Numbered from the stretch's first letter, positions 47,948-57,735 are shown. The stretch is DNA of 64,000 bases from Kiritimatiellia bacterium (GCA_040767085.1 JAXGPF010000014.1:1-64000), one strand, 5' to 3'. A program made the numbers and translations. Notes: a model not told the origin generated them from the sequence alone.

Positions 47948-49481
47948 GGCTCCTAACCAGAATTTGTGGGTAAAAAACAGGTTTTAAAGTTTAAGAAGTT
48001 CTCCAAGCAATGGCGCCAAAAGATGGTGGAGTTATTAACAGCCTGCCGCTTTGGGCGTTTGGCGGCCCCGCAGCAGCCTGATTAATAACTCCTGATTGGC
48101 GCGATGGCGGAACGGAGATAAAGCGGCGGCAAAAAAATAGGCTGGCCTTTCCGTAATCCATTGCGTATGCAATGGGTGAACACAAAAAAAGGAGGACCAG
48201 CCCAAGGTGAAACTTAAAACAATTTTGAATCGTTTGCAACCTTTGAAACGTTTTATTTATCAGGAAACTTGTATGGTTTTGGATCGTCGCGGCCAATGGA
48301 AAGTGGATATAAGCATTCGTCCGCATCGCCAACGCGCGGCATGCTGCTCGCGTTGCGGGCGACCGCTGGCGACATACGACACTCTGCCTGAACGGATATG
48401 GGCGTTTGTGCCCATTTTGAATGTGCCGGCTTTTTTGCATTATAGTCCGCGCCGGGTAAATTGCCCCGAACATGGCGTGGTGGTGGAAGCGCTGCCTTGG
48501 AGCGATGGCAAACGACCCTACAGCAAGGCGCTGATGCTTTTTTTGGGGAACTGGGCGCGGAGGTTGTCCTGGAAAGAGACGGCGCTGATTTTCAAAGTCA
48601 GTTGGCAGGCGGTTTATCGGTCGGTCGAGTGGATGGTGGAATGGGGCTTGGCGCACCGGGAATTGGCCAATATAACGGCGATTGGTGTTGATGAACTCCA
48701 CGTAGGCAACGGTAAAAAGAGCAAGAACTATCTGACCTTGATCTATCAGATTGATGCGCAATGCCGCCGATTGCTCTGGGTCGGCCAAACCCGCCGGGCG
48801 GCCGCGCTGCGTAAAGGGTTGCAATCTTTGGGAAAACCCGTGCTGGCCGGCATTCGACATATATGTAGCGATATGTGGCGACCTTATCTGAAAGTCATTG
48901 CTGCGAGCCTCAGCCACGGTTGCCACATGATTGACCGCTTCCATGTCGTGCAAACCTTGAATGCCGCCGTGGACGAGGTCCGGCGCCGGGATATGGCGGC
49001 GATGACAGCGCGTCCGGCGGCCAAGCAAAAACTCAAGAAAATGCGCTGGACCTTGCTGCGCCGCAAAACCCGCGTGCGCGGCAAAGCTCGCGAAATGCTT
49101 GATCGGATATTGGGCACAAGACTGCAAACCGGCCGCGCCTATTTGTTCAAGGAAAGCTTTCAGCATTTTTGGAGCTATCACAGCCCAACCTGGGCGCGTA
49201 ATTATCTCCAGGCATGGGTCAAGCGCGCCTGTCGTAGCCGCATTGCGCCAATCATTAAGGCGGCTAAAACCATTGCTAAACACGAGGAGCTGCTTTTGAA
49301 CTGGATCAGAGCCAGAAACGAGGTTTTTACTGGCGCAACCGAGGGCTTGAACAATAAAGCTCGAGTGGTTACCAAACGATCTTATGGCTTCAGAACTTTT
49401 CATGGCGCGGAAATGGCGCTATATCATACCCTTGGGCAATTGCCCGAACCGGTAATCACCCACAAATTCTGGTGAGGAAAC
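47948..49481. mobile_element. ISL3-family insertion sequence
   Basis: 24-bp IRs GGCTCCTAACCAGAATTTGTGGGT and GTTTCCTCACCAGAATTTGTGGGT (revcomp 49458-49481), 21/24 identical; 8-bp TSD AAAAATGC at 47940-47947 and 49482-49489. Confidence 0.95.
48207..49475 (+). CDS. ISL3-family transposase
   Basis: CSRCG and CPEHG zinc finger; 'IGVDE', 'CSDMWRPY', 'DRFHVV', 'EGLNNKAR..KRSYGFR'. Confidence 0.95.
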   Translation: MKLKTILNRLQPLKRFIYQETCMVLDRRGQWKVDISIRPHRQRAACCSRCGRPLATYDTLPERIWAFVPILNVPAFLHYSPRRVNCPEHGVVVEALPWSDGKRPYSKALMLFLGNWARRLSWKETALIFKVSWQAVYRSVEWMVEWGLAHRELANITAIGVDELHVGNGKKSKNYLTLIYQIDAQCRRLLWVGQTRRAAALRKGLQSLGKPVLAGIRHICSDMWRPYLKVIAASLSHGCHMIDRFHVVQTLNAAVDEVRRRDMAAMTARPAAKQKLKKMRWTLLRRKTRVRGKAREMLDRILGTRLQTGRAYLFKESFQHFWSYHSPTWARNYLQAWVKRACRSRIAPIIKAAKTIAKHEELLLNWIRARNEVFTGATEGLNNKARVVTKRSYGFRTFHGAEMALYHTLGQLPEPVITHKFW

Positions 49482-49557
49482 AAAAATGCAAATCGGGGTG
49501 ACGGACGGCGGGATTCAAACCAGCGGCCGCGGCGAACCGCCCCGCGGGGAGGAGCAC

Positions 49558-50412
49558 ATGCAGCTTTGCGTATTAGCCAGCGGCAGCTCGGGCAATTGCA
49601 TCTATGTCCGGGCTGGCGCCACGCAGATATTGATTGATGCGGGATTGAGCGGACGGGAGACGGAACGGCGGCTGGAGCAGATCGGCGTGCAGCCCGATGC
49701 AATCCAGGCCATCTGCCTGACGCACGAACACAGCGACCATGTCGCCGGCCTGCCGGTGTTGTATTCGCGGCATCACATGGCGTTGTATGCCAACCGCGGC
49801 ACGGTGGATGCCCTGCGGCGCGATGAACGCCGCGGCGACCTGGCCTGGAATGTCTTCACCACCGGCGCGCCATTTCAGATCGGCGAACTGGCGATCGAGC
49901 CGTTTTCCGTTTCCCACGACGCCTACGAGCCGGTGGGATTTATCCTGACCGGCGCCGGCACGCGCGCGGGCGTGGTGACGGATATCGGGGTCGGCACGCA
50001 CCTGGTGCGGGAACGCCTGCGCGGCTGCCGGGTGGTGGTGCTGGAGTCGAACCACGACGAGGAAATGCTGTCCGATGCCCGGCGCCCGGAGTACCTGAAG
50101 CAGCGCATCCGGGGCCGGCAGGGCCATCTTTCCAACCGGCATGCCGCCGAAATGCTGGCGGAAATCGCCGGGGCCGAACTGGAACAGGTGTTCCTGGCGC
50201 ATATCAGCGCCGATTGCAACCTGCCGGAATTGGCCGCCCACACGGTCGGGAACATTCTGGCGGAGCATGGCTTGGGGCAAGTGCGCATCAACATGACTTT
50301 CGCCGACCGGATCAGCGAAGTATGGCGCGCCGGTGCTCCCGCCGGATCAGCGCCAGCAGCCCCAGCCATAACCCCAGCCATAGCAGTTGCCCCGGCCAGC
50401 GGTGCAATGTAA
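49558..50412 (+). CDS. MBL-fold metallo-hydrolase, YycJ/WalJ-like
   Basis: GGAGGAG RBS; 'LASGSSGNC', 'THEHSDH', 'SHDA', 'LESNHD', 'GHLSN'. Confidence 0.9.
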   Translation: MQLCVLASGSSGNCIYVRAGATQILIDAGLSGRETERRLEQIGVQPDAIQAICLTHEHSDHVAGLPVLYSRHHMALYANRGTVDALRRDERRGDLAWNVFTTGAPFQIGELAIEPFSVSHDAYEPVGFILTGAGTRAGVVTDIGVGTHLVRERLRGCRVVVLESNHDEEMLSDARRPEYLKQRIRGRQGHLSNRHAAEMLAEIAGAELEQVFLAHISADCNLPELAAHTVGNILAEHGLGQVRINMTFADRISEVWRAGAPAGSAPAAPAITPAIAVAPASGAM

Positions 50413-50737
50413 GGCCGACGGGAATGAACACGCTGGCGAACGGGTAAAGCAGCCAGCGGGTGGCATATCCGTGGGTGAAGACGTCCACGCCGATGTGCAG
50501 CAGCGCGCCCCAGGCGATCCGCGGCCGGCGCCACAGGAGGAGCAGCAGCAGGGGCAGGTTAAAGGCCAGGGAATGCGACCAGCGGTAGGCGTAGGTCCAG
50601 CCGCTCAGCCGTCCGGCCAGCGCCAGGATATCCGGCAGGATGCCGATCAACGCCGCCAGCAGGAGTTGCGCGCGGCGGCGTTCGCCGAGCCGGTGGGCCA
50701 GCCAGGCGGCTGAGATGGTGTGGAATGCCAGGTCCAT
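50312..50737 (-). CDS. Membrane-bound metal-dependent hydrolase (YdjM-like)
   Basis: 'FHT...ILPD...RWSHSL...LLHIGVDVFTH..LLYPF'; hydrophobic; ATG 50737. Confidence 0.7.
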   Translation of the reverse strand: MDLAFHTISAAWLAHRLGERRRAQLLLAALIGILPDILALAGRLSGWTYAYRWSHSLAFNLPLLLLLLWRRPRIAWGALLHIGVDVFTHGYATRWLLYPFASVFIPVGLTLHRWPGQLLWLGLWLGLLALIRREHRRAILR

Positions 50738-50771
50738 GGGTTGTAAGGCAAATGTTTTGACATGATTATGC

Positions 50772-50972
50772 TTGTTGACGTGCGTGGTGAATTCCGTTTG
50801 AAAAAGGCAGTGGCGATTTCGGGGCGTCTGTCCGCTGCGCGGACCCTGCGGGCGTGGTTGCAGACGATGGCGCAATCGAGAGATTAGCGCCATCACCTGC
50901 GCCCACGCATCCACCCCAAACTTGCCTTGCTTTTTCAAATGCAGCAGCGGAATTCACCACGCGGTGCACCAA
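50772..50972 (+). ncRNA. Candidate structured RNA or long palindromic element (rod-like, ~190 nt)
   Basis: 15-bp perfect outer stem 50782-50796/50948-50962; near-continuous pairing to an apical GAGA tetraloop; G-U pairs on the + strand. Confidence 0.45.
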
Positions 50973-51165
50973 TTTCGACGGGGACGCTGGCAGAGTCATC
51001 GTCGAAATTACCGGAAATAGAGCCAAGGGATTTAATACCGATACATTTAGCAAAATAATCTTCCTGTAACCATGTCCATAGTGATTGACGGAATGAATAC
51101 GAGGGGTTATTCTAACCGGCGGCAGTGGCCCCGGCAATGATTAATCAGCGGAAAGGAGCGGCGCC

Positions 51166-51858
51166 ATGCCTAAACTGTCGGCCAAGCAATGGATGCTGAT
51201 TCTGGCGATCAGCGTGGTTGTATTCGCGCCGCCTATGGTATGGAAGCGCTACCGCGGCAGCGCCCGCATGATCCGTGCAGTGCGCGCTGGAAACGTCACG
51301 CGGGTGGAAAAAATGCTGTCCGCGCACCCGGAATTGCTGAACGCCCGCGACGACCACCATCGCGCCGGCGCCGTGCAATGGGCGGTGGTGGCCAATCAGC
51401 CGGCAATCCTGGAATTGCTCATCGAGCGCGGCGCGGATTTGGATGCCGGCGACCGGCATGGGATGACGGCCCTGCATTCGGCCGCGATTTTCAACCGGGC
51501 CGACATGGTCCAGCGGCTGCTCGCGCGAGGCGCCGATCCCTACGCCATGGGCCTGGGTTATGGAGCCATCCGGCTGACGCCGCTGCACAAGGCGGCGGAA
51601 GCCGGCTCGCTGGAGGCGGTGGAGGCCTTGCTGGATGACGGCGTGAATGTGAATGTCCTGACGGAAGGCGCCAACCGGGTGTCGCCATTGCATATTGCCG
51701 CGGCCCGCGGCCATCAGGGCGTCATCCGGCTGCTGGCTGACCGCGGCGCGCAGATGAATCTCCGCGATGTCACCGGCGCCACGCCTTTGCGCTGGGCCAT
51801 GCGCATGGAGAAAGACGATACCATCACACTCCTGCGCCTGCTGGGCGGGCGGGAGTGA
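51166..51858 (+). CDS. Ankyrin repeat protein with N-terminal membrane anchor
   Basis: 'GMTALHSAA', 'LTPLHKAA', 'SPLHIAA', 'GATPLRWA'; AAGGAG RBS. Confidence 0.92.
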   Translation: MPKLSAKQWMLILAISVVVFAPPMVWKRYRGSARMIRAVRAGNVTRVEKMLSAHPELLNARDDHHRAGAVQWAVVANQPAILELLIERGADLDAGDRHGMTALHSAAIFNRADMVQRLLARGADPYAMGLGYGAIRLTPLHKAAEAGSLEAVEALLDDGVNVNVLTEGANRVSPLHIAAARGHQGVIRLLADRGAQMNLRDVTGATPLRWAMRMEKDDTITLLRLLGGRE

Positions 51859-51918
51859 TGCTGGCGGAAGGGGCGCGGAAAGGGGCAAAGGATCAAAGGG
51901 GCAAAGGAGCAAAGGGGA

Positions 51919-52298
51919 AGAGTGTTACTTTTTCAGGCATAAAACTATAAAACGGTAAACCTTAAAACTTACACCGCCCAGGTTCGACCTCCAGGGGATC
52001 AGGTCCGTGCCTACCCACACATATAATTTCCGCTCCCCCTTCGTGTCCTTCGTGAGCTTCGTGGTTAAATCAGAAAAGGCACAGAGGGGCAGGCGGAGAG
52101 GGGCAGAGGATCAAAGGGGCAAAGGCACAAAGGGGCAGAGTGTTACTTTTTCAGGCATAAAACTATAAAACGGTAAACCTTAAAACTTACACCGCCCAGG
52201 TTCGACCTCCAGGGGATCAGGTCCGTGCCTACCCACACACATAATTTCCGCTCCCCCTTCGTGTCCTTCGTGAGCTTCGTGGTTAAATCAGAAAAGGC
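51919..52298 (+). repeat. Tandem duplication (218-bp period, 162-bp core with one mismatch) embedded in AAAGGGGC-like octamer repeats
   Basis: 51919-52080 vs 52137-52298. Confidence 0.92.
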
Positions 52299-52384
52299 GG
52301 AGAGGGGCAGAGTGAAGAGGTGAAACAATCTGTCTATGATCCTTTGATCCTCTGTGCCTATGCCACTGCTGAGGGAGGCAAACG

Positions 52385-55012
52385 TTGACTGTGCCTGCCA
52401 GCCTTCCCATTAACGATATCCGCGCGGAATTGGTGCAAGCCTGCGCCGGACATAACCGGATCATCGTAACCGCGCCCACCGGGTCGGGCAAATCCACCCG
52501 GGTTCCCGGGTTCCTGGCCGATGAGGTCTTGCCCGGCGGCGGGCAGGTGGTCTGTCTGCAGCCCCGCCGCCTGGCGGCGCGGATGCTGGCGCGGCGCGTG
52601 GCGGGGGAACGCGGCGCGGCGCTGGGCGGCGAGGTCGGGTATCGCGTGCGGTTCGACTGGCGCATGGGGCCGGCCACCCGGATTGTTTACGAGACCGACG
52701 GCATCCTGCTTCAGGAACTGCGGCGCGATCCCGACTTGCGCCGGGTCGGTGCGATTGTCTTTGACGAATTCCACGAGCGGCACCTGTATGGCGATATCCT
52801 GCTGGGCCTGGCCTTGACGCTGCAGGCGGCGCGCCGGCCGGATTTGAAAATCGTGGTCATGTCCGCCACCCTGGAAGCCGCGCCGCTGGAACAATTCCTC
52901 GCGCCTTGCGCCCGGGTGCAGGCTGGCGGCCGGTGTTACCCGGTGGATATCCGGTATCATGGAGAACGGTCGGCGCGGCCGCCGCCGGTCTGGGAGCAGG
53001 CAGCGCAGGTTTGGGCGCAGTCGCGCGCGGCGGCCGGCGGCGGGCATACCTTGATTTTCATGCCCGGCGCCCATGAAATCCGGCGCACAGTGTCGGCCTT
53101 GCAACTGGCCGGCGCGTCCGCGCAGCGGATTTTCCCGCTTTACGGCGAACTCACGCCGGCGGCGCAGGATGCGGCGGTGGCGCCGGACCGCGTCCCGAAA
53201 ATTATCGTGGCCACCAACATTGCCGAAACTTCCGTGACTATTGACGGCGTGACGCTGGTGATTGACAGCGGGCTGGCGCGGCGGGCGGGCTACGATCCCG
53301 AGCATGGGATTAACACTTTGCTGGTGGAGAAGATCAGCCGCGCGGCGGCCGAGCAGCGCGCCGGCCGCGCCGGCCGGACCGCGCCCGGGGTTTGCCTGCG
53401 GCTCTGGTCGGCGGAGGAACATGAACGCCGGTCGGCGTCGGAAATTCCGGAAGTGGCGCGCCTGGATTTAAGCGAAGTGGTACTGAGTTTGCGGGCGCTG
53501 GGCGTGGCGGACCTGACGGCGTTCCGCTGGGTGGAACCCCCGGCGGCGGAACGGCTGCGCTACACGGAAGAATTTTTAAAGGAGATCGGCGCGCTGCGTC
53601 CGGCGGATGGCGCCGTCACGGCGCTGGGCCGGCGTCTGCTGGATTTTCCCGTGCATCCGCGCTGGGGCAGGCTGCTGCTCACGGCCGCGGAATACGGCTG
53701 CGTGGCGGAAGCGGCGCTGCTGGCCGCGCTGGCCCAGGAGCGCGGCATGCTGGCGCAGGCGGGAGCGCCGGGGCGCCCGGCTGCCCCCGCCGCCGCCGCG
53801 CGCCGGTCCAGCCGCCAGGGCAGCCTGCGCCAGTCGGACCTGGACCGGGAAATCCGGGCCCGGCGGGAGGAATTGGCCGATCCGGAATGGGAATCGGATT
53901 TACTGCTGCGCCTGCATTTGTGGCAGGCGGCCGCCGCGGAAAATTTCTCATCCGCGGCATGCGGCGAGCTGGGATTGCATGCCGGCGCCTGCCGCCGCGT
54001 GGAGGAAATGCGCGGCCAGTTCCTGCGCATCGCCGAGCGGATGGAATTGACGGGCGCCGCCGCGGCCGGCGGCGGCGCGCCGGCGATCAGCATCTTAAAA
54101 TGCCTGCTGGCCGCGTTCCCCGACCAGGTCGCCCGGCGCGTCAGCGCCGGGAGCGCCCGGGTGGAACTGGTGCACGGGCGGCGCGGCAGCCTGGCGCCGG
54201 AGAGCGCGGTGCGGCATGCCGCGTTGCTGGTCGCCCCTGAAATCCGGCGTCTGGAAGCACGCCGCGGTGAAATTGAAACCCGGATCACCCTGGCCTCGGC
54301 CATTGCGCCGGAATGGCTGGAGGAATTGTTTCCGGAATCCATCGCGCGCCGCCGCCGGGTGGAATTTGACCCGGTGCAGCGCCGGGTGATTGCGCGCAAC
54401 GACCTGTTTTACCACGATTTGGTCATGGCCGCCGGCCGCGCGGAGAAGCCGTCGGCAGACGAAGCCGCCGGCAGCCTGGCGGCGGAAGTTCTGGCCGGCC
54501 GGCTGGTTTTGAAACAATGGACGGCGGCGGCGGAGCAATGGGTGTTGCGGTTGAACAGCCTGGCCGGCTGGAGCCCGGAGCTGGGGTTGCCGGCGATCGG
54601 CCCGGATGAACGCCGGCATCTGATCGAGCAAATCTGCCATGGCGCCTTCAGCGCGAGCGAGATCAAAGAGCGCCCGGTCATGCCGACCCTGCGGGCCTGG
54701 CTGAGCGCCGCCCAGCAGGCCTTGCTCGAAAAATACGCTCCGGAGCGGATCAAGCTGGCCAATGGCCGCGCGTTCAAACTGACGTATGAGGCCGGCCAGG
54801 CGCCGGTATTTTCCGCGCGGATTCAGGAATTGTACGACGCGCCGGAATGCCCGGCGATCGCCCTGGGAAAAGCGCGGCCCCGGGTAATGATCCTGGCGCC
54901 CAATCACCGCCCGGTCCAGATCACCGACGACCTAGCGTCCTTCTGGGCCCATGGATACCAGCAGGCCAAAAAGGATTTGCGCGGCCGCTACCCCAAACAC
55001 GAGTGGCGGTAA
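52385..55012 (+). CDS. hrpB: ATP-dependent RNA helicase HrpB
   Basis: 'APTGSGKST', 'QPRRLAAR', 'DEFHER', 'MSAT', 'QRAGRAGR'; C-terminal 'FW..GY...KKDLRGRYPKHEW'. Confidence 0.93.
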   Translation: MTVPASLPINDIRAELVQACAGHNRIIVTAPTGSGKSTRVPGFLADEVLPGGGQVVCLQPRRLAARMLARRVAGERGAALGGEVGYRVRFDWRMGPATRIVYETDGILLQELRRDPDLRRVGAIVFDEFHERHLYGDILLGLALTLQAARRPDLKIVVMSATLEAAPLEQFLAPCARVQAGGRCYPVDIRYHGERSARPPPVWEQAAQVWAQSRAAAGGGHTLIFMPGAHEIRRTVSALQLAGASAQRIFPLYGELTPAAQDAAVAPDRVPKIIVATNIAETSVTIDGVTLVIDSGLARRAGYDPEHGINTLLVEKISRAAAEQRAGRAGRTAPGVCLRLWSAEEHERRSASEIPEVARLDLSEVVLSLRALGVADLTAFRWVEPPAAERLRYTEEFLKEIGALRPADGAVTALGRRLLDFPVHPRWGRLLLTAAEYGCVAEAALLAALAQERGMLAQAGAPGRPAAPAAAARRSSRQGSLRQSDLDREIRARREELADPEWESDLLLRLHLWQAAAAENFSSAACGELGLHAGACRRVEEMRGQFLRIAERMELTGAAAAGGGAPAISILKCLLAAFPDQVARRVSAGSARVELVHGRRGSLAPESAVRHAALLVAPEIRRLEARRGEIETRITLASAIAPEWLEELFPESIARRRRVEFDPVQRRVIARNDLFYHDLVMAAGRAEKPSADEAAGSLAAEVLAGRLVLKQWTAAAEQWVLRLNSLAGWSPELGLPAIGPDERRHLIEQICHGAFSASEIKERPVMPTLRAWLSAAQQALLEKYAPERIKLANGRAFKLTYEAGQAPVFSARIQELYDAPECPAIALGKARPRVMILAPNHRPVQITDDLASFWAHGYQQAKKDLRGRYPKHEWR

Positions 55013-55033
55013 CATTGGCCAGCCGCGGCGGGA

Positions 55034-56620
55034 TTAATAATCGGCGCTGACGATGCGGGCGCAGAAATCGTAAAGATCGAGTTGCTCCTGCTGCAGGTCG
55101 AAGTAAGCGGTGATCTCCCGGTGGATATCAATTACTTCATAGCGGATTATGTGCCCGGACATATCTTCCATGCCGGTGAAATACAAACCGAGCAAATCGT
55201 GCCAGGCTGTGCCGGCCCAGGAGCAAATCGCCGGGGTATAGAAATCAAAGGCATCCGGAGCATGCCAGACCAGATCAAATTCCCGTTCGGGGAAATATAT
55301 GGAAACACCATGCACCTTGCCGGTCCAGTTTGCGCCGTGATATTCCGCGATGACCGTCCGGTCAATCGCTTCCATGACTGATTGCGCGCGCGCCTGCAGG
55401 GCGGCGAAAGGCAGCGCCGGTTGCAGCATGGCGTCCGACAATGCCAGCAGGTTCGACGCCAGGACCGGCATGTGTGCCAGGTCCGAAAGAGCGAGGGTGA
55501 TGCCGGGGACGGCGGCATAGTGTGCAGCCAGCCGGCTATGAATGTCCCGGGCGGCCACGCCGGCCGGCCAGTCCGGATTGGCAAAGAGCCCGGACAACAT
55601 GGTCCGGTAAGGCCAGTCCGACTCGCTGTAATTCTGCGAGCCAAGCGCGTAGGCGGCGCCGCCCTGCGCCAGGTCATACAGGGTCTCCACGGTCTGCATC
55701 AGGCAGTTGTCCAGCAGGACAATATCCACCTGGGCGGGGGCTGCGGCCAGCACCGCGCCCAGGTCGGCCAGGAACAAGGTCTGCGAACCATGCGAATCGT
55801 CAACACATAGTCCGCGCCAGCCGAAACCATGATCGCCCGTGATCAGGATGTAATGCCGGCTTGGATACCGTTCCATGCCCCATTTTATAAAGGATTGCAG
55901 CGTGGCCGGATCGGCCATGTTGACTTCCCGGCCGCCGCGGCCATCGCCCCAGTCCGCTATGGCGGAGGCTTGCACGGGCTGGATGCCGTTGGTGATGACG
56001 AACCGCTCGCATCCGGTCCAGGCGTTGAAATTGGTGGAGTATCCGCCGCGGTCGAGTTGGGCCAGCAAAGCGACATTGCTGCCGCTTTCGCCCTGGGCGA
56101 GCTCAACGAATTTGGCCAGGAAATCCGGTTCGAGATTATTGTCGGCATCCATGTAACACAACACCGTCCAGGATGATACCGGCACTATTTCAAACTCCAG
56201 GCTGACAACCTGGGCCGGCCAGGCGCCCGGCTCGCCCAGGCCGAAGTAAAACACATAGCGGCCGGCCGGCAGATCGGCCCCGGCAAAAATCAACGCATCC
56301 TGAAGATAGCTTAAAGGCATCCGGACGGCCGGCTGCAAGGCGGCAATGTCAAATACCTGGAGCCAGCCGTCCGGCGTCAGGCAATACCATCCCTGGGGGC
56401 CATGCGCCGCAACCCACCAATCAGCCATGACGCCGTAATACGGGCCCGGGGTGACGCTGACCGCCACGGCTACGCTGGAAGTTGCCGGCAGCGGCGGCGA
56501 GTTGGCGCAGCCATTCACGCTCAGCGCCATGGAAAAGCCGCCGGGCGCCGTTGTCGCGGCCGCAGTCTCTGCGAGCGGACATAAACATCCGACCATCATC
56601 AAGGCGATGAATCTGCTCAT
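55034..56620 (-). CDS. Clostripain-related cysteine peptidase (C11), secreted
   Basis: 'WTVLCYMDADNNLE', 'NMADPATL..FI.W....YP', 'DHGFGW', 'DNCLM'; signal peptide. Confidence 0.88.
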   Translation of the reverse strand: MSRFIALMMVGCLCPLAETAAATTAPGGFSMALSVNGCANSPPLPATSSVAVAVSVTPGPYYGVMADWWVAAHGPQGWYCLTPDGWLQVFDIAALQPAVRMPLSYLQDALIFAGADLPAGRYVFYFGLGEPGAWPAQVVSLEFEIVPVSSWTVLCYMDADNNLEPDFLAKFVELAQGESGSNVALLAQLDRGGYSTNFNAWTGCERFVITNGIQPVQASAIADWGDGRGGREVNMADPATLQSFIKWGMERYPSRHYILITGDHGFGWRGLCVDDSHGSQTLFLADLGAVLAAAPAQVDIVLLDNCLMQTVETLYDLAQGGAAYALGSQNYSESDWPYRTMLSGLFANPDWPAGVAARDIHSRLAAHYAAVPGITLALSDLAHMPVLASNLLALSDAMLQPALPFAALQARAQSVMEAIDRTVIAEYHGANWTGKVHGVSIYFPEREFDLVWHAPDAFDFYTPAICSWAGTAWHDLLGLYFTGMEDMSGHIIRYEVIDIHREITAYFDLQQEQLDLYDFCARIVSADY

Positions 56621-56649
56621 TATATTTTCTCCTGAATTTTACGCGGCAC

Positions 56650-57735
56650 TCATCCCGGCGGGATCAGTTCCGCGACGTGCGCCGCGACGGCGGCGCCCAA
56701 ACCGTCCAGCCGGTAGCCGCCTTCCAGGAGCGACACCAGCCGGCCCCCGCAGGTCTGCGCGGCGATTTGCCGGACAATCCGGGTCATCTGGGCGAAGCCG
56801 GCCACGGTGACGTTCATGCCGCCCAGGGGATCGTGCGCCAGGGCGTCAAACCCGGCGGATACCAGGATCATGTCCGGCGCAAAGTCCAGGGCGCGCGGGC
56901 GGAGCAGGGTTTCGAACACCTGGAGGTATTCCGCGTCGCCGCTGGCGGCGGGCAAGGGGGCGTTGATGGTGTAACCGCGGCCGGGGCCGGCGCCGGTTTC
57001 CGAAGCCGCGCCGGTGCCGGGGTAAAACGGATATTGATGCACGGAGAAGCACAAGACCGTCGGATCGTTCAGAAAGATCGCCTGGGTGCCATTGCCATGA
57101 TGCACATCCCAATCCACGATCAAGATGCGTTGCAGGCCATAACGCTGCTGCGCGTACCGGGCGCCGACAGCGGCGTTGTTGAAAAGGCAAAATCCCATGG
57201 CCCGGCTGCGGGAGGCGTGGTGGCCCGGCGGCCGCGCGGCGCAGAAGGCATTGGCTGCCCGGCCGACCATGATGGCATCAATTGCCGCGATCACGCCGCC
57301 GGCGGCCAGGCGCGCCGCGTCATATGACCGCGGCGAGACGGGAGTATCCGGGGCATGCAGGTAGCTGGCGCCGGAGCGGCAGGCCTGTTGGACTTCGGCG
57401 ATGTATTCGGGGCTATGCACGTCAGCCAGGGCCTCGAAGGGAGCGGGCGCGACCGGCAGCGGCAGCAGGCGCTCCATGAGCCCCGCCATTTCCAATCCGC
57501 CGATGACCGCCCGCAGTCGGCCGGGTTGTTCGGGATGGTCCGGTCCGGTCTCGTGTTCCAGGCAGGCCGGGACATATGCCAGGCCGGTAGGCGGCGGTGC
57601 AGGCGCGGGCGGCGGCGGCGCGGGATTCGCGGGCGGGCCCGGCACGGGCGGAGCCGGGTCGCCCTCGAGGCTGATGATTGCCAGCATGGCAACCCAGATC
57701 GGCCAGGTTTCGGGATTTAGTAAAAATGTCAGCAT
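56650..57735 (-). CDS. Histone deacetylase-family (Zn-dependent) amidohydrolase with hydrophobic/Pro-rich N-terminal extension
   Basis: 'HPEQPGRL', 'RPPGHHA', 'GFCLFNN', 'DWDVHHGNGTQ', 'SAGFDA', 'LEGGY'. Confidence 0.92.
   Translation of the reverse strand: MLTFLLNPETWPIWVAMLAIISLEGDPAPPVPGPPANPAPPPPAPAPPPTGLAYVPACLEHETGPDHPEQPGRLRAVIGGLEMAGLMERLLPLPVAPAPFEALADVHSPEYIAEVQQACRSGASYLHAPDTPVSPRSYDAARLAAGGVIAAIDAIMVGRAANAFCAARPPGHHASRSRAMGFCLFNNAAVGARYAQQRYGLQRILIVDWDVHHGNGTQAIFLNDPTVLCFSVHQYPFYPGTGAASETGAGPGRGYTINAPLPAASGDAEYLQVFETLLRPRALDFAPDMILVSAGFDALAHDPLGGMNVTVAGFAQMTRIVRQIAAQTCGGRLVSLLEGGYRLDGLGAAVAAHVAELIPPG

Noticed and set aside
47991-49403. 470-aa minus-strand ORF
   Set aside because: Antisense shadow of the ISL3 transposase with no recognisable motifs.
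50772-50972. Integron attC site
   Set aside because: No RYYYAAC...GTTRRRY ends in the required orientation and no integron integrase or cassette array.
51970-52010. tRNA fragment (GGTTCGAC resembles a T-loop)
   Set aside because: The flanks do not form a T-stem and there is no cloverleaf.
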